Of a stretch of DNA of 64,000 nucleotides, positions 58,891-64,000 are shown one piece after another. Positions within the stretch are counted from its first letter, which is position 1. Each line of letters begins with the position of its first letter. The notes under the pieces were generated by a model. It ran no database searches and had not been told where the DNA came from. It saw only the letters and a list, made by a program, of their open reading frames with translations. This DNA is from an uncultured Gammaproteobacteria bacterium (GTDB taxonomy: Bacteria; Patescibacteriota; Patescibacteriia; Magasanikbacterales; UBA922). Made by a program: the position numbers and the translations under genes. Where the stretch lies: contig OZ246405.1 in the NCBI GenBank assembly GCA_965231005.1, positions 295,204 through 359,203 of the forward strand, written 5' to 3'.

Positions 58891-59619
58891 TTAGACAATA
58901 TCTGTTTTTTTGACAAACTTCCATTTTCCTATTGGGAGTGTGCCTAGTTTGAGTTTGTGTATGCGAGTCCTTTTTAATACAAGAACATCATATCCAAGTG
59001 TTCCGAACATTTTTCTAATTTGTCTATTTTTTCCTTCTTTCAAAATAACAGTAATAATAATTCTTCGTCCTATTTTTTGTTCTCTTTTAATCTTAATTCC
59101 TTGAACAAAACCGTCTTCTATATCCATGCCGTTTTCCAATACTTTTTTTGCATCTCGTGAAAGTGCCTTTCCTATTGTTACTTCGTATTCTTTTTGATGT
59201 TCGTATCGTGGATGGGTGAGTTTGTTTGCAAGTTCACCATCATTGGTAAGGAGAATAAGCCCCTCAGAATCTTTATCTAATCTTCCTACAGGGTAGACAC
59301 GTTCAGTAAGTGGAATATTTTTTCTTCCAATTTGATTTTCAACCTGCAAAAAATCCATAACAGATGTTCCTTGTGAACTTGTTGCACTTGTAATAACATC
59401 TGTTGGTTTATGAAATGCTATATATACTTTTTTTCCAAAGCTTTGCGGCGTTTTTTTTGTTTGTACAGTAACCTTGTCTTTTTCTGGATCTACTTTTGTG
59501 CCAAGTGTTGTAACAATGTTACCATTTACTTTTACTTTTCCTTCTTGGATGTATACTTCTGCCTTTCTACGAGAACAATAACCTAGATCAGCAATATGTT
59601 TTTGCAGACGTACTAACAT
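58891..59619 (-). CDS. rluB: 23S rRNA pseudouridine synthase (RluB/RsuA family; S4 domain plus catalytic domain)
   Basis: S4 motif RLQKHIADLGYCSRR. Catalytic motif GRLDKDSEGLILLTND. Confidence 0.8.
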   Translation of the reverse strand: MLVRLQKHIADLGYCSRRKAEVYIQEGKVKVNGNIVTTLGTKVDPEKDKVTVQTKKTPQSFGKKVYIAFHKPTDVITSATSSQGTSVMDFLQVENQIGRKNIPLTERVYPVGRLDKDSEGLILLTNDGELANKLTHPRYEHQKEYEVTIGKALSRDAKKVLENGMDIEDGFVQGIKIKREQKIGRRIIITVILKEGKNRQIRKMFGTLGYDVLVLKRTRIHKLKLGTLPIGKWKFVKKTDIV

Positions 59620-59620
59620 G

Positions 59621-60841
59621 TTAGCTTTTCTTAATCTGCACCAATTCAATTGAACGTTTTTTCACACTTTCTACTTTAATTTCTACATTGTTAAGTGTGA
59701 TTTTTGTATTTTTACGAGGTGCTTTTTTAATATTATCAAGGATAACTTGTGCAATTGTATCGTAATCTTCTCCTGGAATATCTACATTTAAGAAATCGTT
59801 GATATCTCGAATATCTTCATCTCCAGAAACAAGGATTGTTTTCTTATCTATACGTTTAATAATGTTGTCTTCAATATCATGCTCGTCAGCAATTTCTCCA
59901 ACAAGTTCTTCCAGAACATCTTCAAGCGTAATAATTCCTTCTGTTCCACCAAATTCATCCATAACAACAGCAATATGTGTTTTTGATCTTTGAAATTCTT
60001 CTAACACATCGTCAATAAGCATTTGTTTTGGCACACGCAAGATTGGGTGCATAATATTCTTGATTGATTTCTGTTCTGCATCGTGCGCGTATGAGATTAA
60101 TAGATCTCTTGAATGTGCAAACCCAATAATTTCATCTGGAGAATCTTCTGCAACAGGAAATCGTGTGTGTGGATTTTTCTCAACAATTTTTGTTGCATCT
60201 TTAATAGACATTTTTGCATCAAGATAAATACATTTTACGCGTGGTGTCATAATATCTTCAGCAGTAATGTCATTAAATTTAAATAATCGTTCTATCATGG
60301 CTTGTTCGTCTTCTTCGATTGCTCCTTGTTTAAATGCAGCAATTGCCATTGCTTTTAATTCTTCTTCACTTACATTATCTTGTGTATGTTTCCCGGCAAA
60401 GATATTTGTTAACCATTCAAAAATAATAACAAGAGGGAGTGTGATCCATTGAAGTAGTTTTAAATATGGTGTTGCAAAGATTGCAAATTTTTTATTGTGA
60501 TTTGTTGCATATGATTTTGGAATAATTTCTCCAAAAATCAACACAAGGAGTGTCATTACACCAGTTGTTATTCCAATAACAGCAGAGGCAAAAAGATCTG
60601 CTGCCACAACCGTTGCAAACGATGCAGATCCAATATTGACGATGTTGTTTCCAATCAAAATGGTCACCAAAAGGCGACGTGGATTTTGTTTTAATTTTTG
60701 GATTTGCTTTGCACGCGGGAGCTTCCTTTTCACCATTGTTTCTACTTTTGCATCAGTTAAAGAGACAAATGCGACTTCTGCAGCAGAAAAAAAGGCAGAA
60801 AGGGCAAGGAGGATAATTAAAATAATGATACTTGTTGTCAT
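59621..60841 (-). CDS. CNNM/HlyC-CorC family transporter (DUF21 TM domain, CBS pair and a CorC_HlyC domain)
   Basis: Four TM helices in the N-terminal DUF21, followed by a CBS pair and a transporter-associated domain. Confidence 0.8.
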   Translation of the reverse strand: MTTSIIILIILLALSAFFSAAEVAFVSLTDAKVETMVKRKLPRAKQIQKLKQNPRRLLVTILIGNNIVNIGSASFATVVAADLFASAVIGITTGVMTLLVLIFGEIIPKSYATNHNKKFAIFATPYLKLLQWITLPLVIIFEWLTNIFAGKHTQDNVSEEELKAMAIAAFKQGAIEEDEQAMIERLFKFNDITAEDIMTPRVKCIYLDAKMSIKDATKIVEKNPHTRFPVAEDSPDEIIGFAHSRDLLISYAHDAEQKSIKNIMHPILRVPKQMLIDDVLEEFQRSKTHIAVVMDEFGGTEGIITLEDVLEELVGEIADEHDIEDNIIKRIDKKTILVSGDEDIRDINDFLNVDIPGEDYDTIAQVILDNIKKAPRKNTKITLNNVEIKVESVKKRSIELVQIKKS

Positions 60842-60943
60842 AAAAGATAGATCTATTAGGTATACCTGTATATACTTAGTTTATTGTATTTTCATAGTTT
60901 TTGCAATGACAGTAGGAGGGAAAAGACATAAATTCTAGCAACA

Positions 60944-60972
60944 ATTGACAATGAGTGTATTTTTTGTTATTG
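60944..60972 (+). promoter_or_regulatory. sigma-70-like promoter followed by a ~145-nt structured leader
   Basis: TTGACA, a 17-nt spacer, then TATTGT. The leader contains an 11-bp helix AAGATGGTGGGG/CCCCCATCTTT. Confidence 0.35.
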
Positions 60973-61117
60973 TAGGTCATTGTTCTTTATATTTTGTCGG
61001 AGTATTTCCACAAAGATGGTGGGGAATTACTGGGTTTGCGTCCTGTGGTTTTCCCCCATCTTTACACACAACAGAGCAGAATGGGTGGGGATGTACTGCT
61101 TTGTGAGGTACTTTATT

Positions 61118-61822
61118 ATGAGTATTGAAATCCGTATGGCAGCAGATGAGGTCGTCCCTGGTCTGATGCGGGCTGCTGGCCTGAAGGTTGCGTTTTTTTT
61201 GGTAGATGGCAGATCTCCGTCCCTGGGTATGGTGTCCTGTAGTGTCATCCGGAAGAATCTCGTCCACCTGGCCATGGTGCATGATCTCACGACCGAAGAC
61301 ATGGATGCTTTGCAAAGCGAGCTGGCTTCACTGGAACTTGCAGAGGATTCGTCTGAGGTCATTGCGCGCATTGTGGCGATCGCCGACCCGGCACAGGGGA
61401 CCGGCCGGTTTGAATACAGAGCGTGCGATTGCCCATTGCCGGTCAATCACGGCTACATCTACGAAAACGGCGTCAGGATCTCGGACAAAATCACGTTCCA
61501 AATGGCAGTAATGGGAGCCCTGAACGAGATGGTGAGCCAGGGGTTGCTCTTGCCGGTGCAGGCTGCGAACCTTTTCGTGCAGATGGCTGATCTTGTTGTC
61601 GATGAAGTAGACGCTGCAATGGCTTCTGCTGCCTCGGACCTTGATCGTGGAGCAGCCTTTGCTGGTGCACAAGTCAATCCGGTCACGGATCCAGACGGAC
61701 AGACCACGCTTCACGTCCGCATGGATCTGGGTCGTGTCGCAGAGATCATCGCGGCTGGCTGGCGTCCGGGGGACCCGATCCCGACCAGCAACGAAGAGCT
61801 TGAAAAACTCCGCAAGACGTAG
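61118..61822 (+). CDS. hypothetical protein, GC-rich island gene
   Basis: Start chosen at MSIEIR after GAGGT. No recognisable domain. The antisense ORFs are judged spurious. Confidence 0.4.
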   Translation: MSIEIRMAADEVVPGLMRAAGLKVAFFLVDGRSPSLGMVSCSVIRKNLVHLAMVHDLTTEDMDALQSELASLELAEDSSEVIARIVAIADPAQGTGRFEYRACDCPLPVNHGYIYENGVRISDKITFQMAVMGALNEMVSQGLLLPVQAANLFVQMADLVVDEVDAAMASAASDLDRGAAFAGAQVNPVTDPDGQTTLHVRMDLGRVAEIIAAGWRPGDPIPTSNEELEKLRKT

Positions 61823-61945
61823 CGTCTGCGACCAGGCGCATTCGCGCTGCCAAGCCTCTTGCAAGAGGCTTGGCAGCGCATCATTCTTGTTTGCATTATT
61901 GCTTAGTGCAAAGAAGAATTTAAAAGAACCCGTAGAGGGTTCTGT

Positions 61946-63358
61946 TTAGTATCTATAGTGATCTGGCTTGTACGGTCCATCTTTTGGTATGCCGACGTAG
62001 GTTGATTGATCTTCTGTCATTTCTGTTAGTTTTACTCCAAGTTTTCCAAGATGAAGTCGTGCGACTTCTTCATCAAGTTTTTTCGGTAGAGTAAATACTC
62101 CTATATCATAATTATTTTTTACTAATTCGATCTGTGCAAGCACTTGATTTGAAAAACTATTACTCATGACAAAACTTGGATGACCTGTTGCGCAGCCCAA
62201 GTTCATCAGTCGTCCTTCTGCAAGCAAGAACATTTCTTTTCCACTTGGGAAAATATATTTATCTACTTGCGGCTTAATATTTACTCTTGTAATATCGCTT
62301 CTTTCATTCAATGGTTCTACTTGGATTTCATTGTCAAAGTGGCCAATGTTACATACAACTGCCTGATCTTTCATTTTTTCCATGTGATCAACACGAATAA
62401 TATCTTTGTTTCCTGTTGCAGTTACATAAATATCAATTTCTCCAAGTGTATCTTCTACAGTTGACACTTCATATCCTTCCATTGTTGCTTGAAGTGCACA
62501 GATTGGATCAATTTCTGTGACAATAACTCGACATCCTTGTCCTTTCAATGCTTGTGCACATCCTTTTCCAACATCACCATATCCACAAATCAATGCTGTT
62601 TTTCCTGCAAGCATGACATCGAGTGCACGGTTTAATCCATCAATAACAGAGTGACGACATCCATATACATTGTCAAATTTACTTTTTGTAACAGAGTCAT
62701 TTACATTAATAACAGGGAATAGAAGTGTACCTGCTTTTTGCATTTGATACAGTCTATGAATTCCTGTTGTTGTTTCTTCAGAAACACCTTTTACAACCTT
62801 TGAAACTTCTGTCCAACGTGTTGGATTTTTTTCGTATTCTTTTTTAATTAATTTCATCAATTCTCGAAAATCTTCACCTTCATTACTATAATCTTTTTCT
62901 AAAAGAGATGGATCTTTTTCTACTTCAACACCTTTATGAATGAGAAGGGTTGCATCACTTCCGTCGTCAACGATTTGATCCGGACCTTTTCCGTTCCCGA
63001 AATCAAGTGCGCGTTCTGTACACCACCAATATTCTTCGAGTGTTTCACCTTTCCAAGCAAATACTGAAATGCCAGCTTTTGCAATTGCAGCAGCAGCTTG
63101 GTCTTGTGTTGAAAAAATATTACAACTTGCCCAGCGAACATTTGCACCCAGAGCAGTCAATGTTTCGATCAACACTGCTGTTTGAATAGTCATGTGCAAA
63201 GATCCCATAATATTAAGACCTTTGAGCGGTTGTTCAGCTGCGTATTGCTCGCGAATTGCCATGAGTCCTGGCATTTCTTTTTCTGCAATTTCAATTTCCT
63301 TGCGTCCAAGATCGGCAAGTGATAAATCCTTTACTTTATAATCTTGAGTTTCGTCCAT
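61946..63358 (-). CDS. ahcY: adenosylhomocysteinase
   Basis: 470 aa with an NAD-binding GYGDVGKG motif and the conserved catalytic regions. Confidence 0.9.
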   Translation of the reverse strand: MDETQDYKVKDLSLADLGRKEIEIAEKEMPGLMAIREQYAAEQPLKGLNIMGSLHMTIQTAVLIETLTALGANVRWASCNIFSTQDQAAAAIAKAGISVFAWKGETLEEYWWCTERALDFGNGKGPDQIVDDGSDATLLIHKGVEVEKDPSLLEKDYSNEGEDFRELMKLIKKEYEKNPTRWTEVSKVVKGVSEETTTGIHRLYQMQKAGTLLFPVINVNDSVTKSKFDNVYGCRHSVIDGLNRALDVMLAGKTALICGYGDVGKGCAQALKGQGCRVIVTEIDPICALQATMEGYEVSTVEDTLGEIDIYVTATGNKDIIRVDHMEKMKDQAVVCNIGHFDNEIQVEPLNERSDITRVNIKPQVDKYIFPSGKEMFLLAEGRLMNLGCATGHPSFVMSNSFSNQVLAQIELVKNNYDIGVFTLPKKLDEEVARLHLGKLGVKLTEMTEDQSTYVGIPKDGPYKPDHYRY

Positions 63359-63389
63359 ACGGTTATTGAGTATTAGTTTTTAATATAGA

Positions 63390-64000
63390 TTATCCTCGTA
63401 CAACAATGAACGTTGTATATGCAATATAGAGGAGTATAAATAATATTCCTTGCCATCTGCGCAGCTCATAATGTCTACGTTTTCCTCCTGTGAACATGAA
63501 GATGAACAAGAGGACAGAAGCAATTCCAGCGATAAAAATGTCTGTGTTTATTTCACCTGTAACAGTCATAGGTGAAACAACTGGGGTGAGTCCTAAGACC
63601 CAAAGGACATTAAATATGTTTGATCCTACTACGTTTCCTATGGCAATGTCAACATGTCCTTTGTACGCAGCAATTGCTGAGATAACAAGTTCTGGAAGAG
63701 AAGTTCCAACCGCTGTGATTGTAAGTCCAATAAGGAGTTCAGAAAGACCTGCAATTTTAGCCAAGATAATAGCGTTGTCTACCATTAATTTTCCTCCCAA
63801 GGTAAGACAGATAATACCACCAAGAATAAATACACTTGATGTTGAAAATTTATATGTTTCCACATCGTCTTTTTCACCTTCTACTTTTGTTAGTCCATAG
63901 GTGTAGTACATAAAGATAAGGAAATAACTCATCAATACTAATCCATCGCCACGAGTCAAAATATTTTGTCCATTGTTTCCAAACATAACATCATTGGTCA
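63390..64000 (-). CDS. sodium/calcium exchanger (CaCA/YrbG) family membrane protein; N-terminus beyond the window end
   Basis: Alpha-repeat GTSLPELVISAIAAYKG. The ORF is open to the window edge. Confidence 0.7.
   Translation of the reverse strand, partial: TNDVMFGNNGQNILTRGDGLVLMSYFLIFMYYTYGLTKVEGEKDDVETYKFSTSSVFILGGIICLTLGGKLMVDNAIILAKIAGLSELLIGLTITAVGTSLPELVISAIAAYKGHVDIAIGNVVGSNIFNVLWVLGLTPVVSPMTVTGEINTDIFIAGIASVLLFIFMFTGGKRRHYELRRWQGILFILLYIAYTTFIVVRG

Noticed and set aside
61027-61896. Minus-strand ORFs 61027..61446, 61328..61864 and 61459..61707
   Set aside because: They are antisense frames in a GC-rich gene, Arg/Ser-rich and without an RBS.

Overview
This 64 kb window is from an AT-rich, small-genome bacterium whose gene repertoire resembles a CPR/Patescibacteria-like organism. 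The backbone genes are mostly housekeeping: carAB, nrdAB with putative NrdR boxes, tkt, ruvB, efp with epmA, lspA, uppS, ahcY, a zur-znuACB operon, radC, rluB, LysM/M23 peptidases and a frameshifted comM. Eight tRNA genes sit in four transcription units; three units have a consensus TTGACA-17-TATAAT/TATACT promoter, and the upstream region of tRNA-Leu shows no clear -35/-10. There are two RelE/ParE toxin-antitoxin pairs.

Superimposed on the AT-rich backbone (about 33-36% GC by eye) are roughly 20 short, discrete GC-rich islands (about 50-58% GC by eye). Each island is usually a single gene with its own TTGACA-type promoter and a strong Shine-Dalgarno sequence. Five of them share an upstream motif, ACAAGGGGGTG, 4-6 nt before the ATG. 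Most island genes encode secreted, membrane or small Cys-rich proteins with no recognisable homologs.

Other notable signals:
- A ~105-nt structured element is present in two copies. It has nested helices and a UUCG hairpin, and compensatory base changes preserve the pairing.
- tRNA 3'-end fragments fused to a perfect 20-bp palindrome lie downstream of both tRNA-Gly genes. Tandem 5' fragments of tRNA-Pro sit inside the tRNA-Ala/Phe/Pro operon.
- Six DnaA boxes, two of them perfect TTATCCACA, cluster beside an AT-rich tract, suggesting a replication origin.
- A ~390-nt non-coding region bounded by minus-strand terminators could hold an ncRNA.
- A family of TAATAG/TTATTAG repeats flanks a stand-alone four-helix-bundle gene.
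- Two GC-rich lipoproteins carry a shared Cys-rich repeat module.

No CRISPR array, integrase or transposase was seen.
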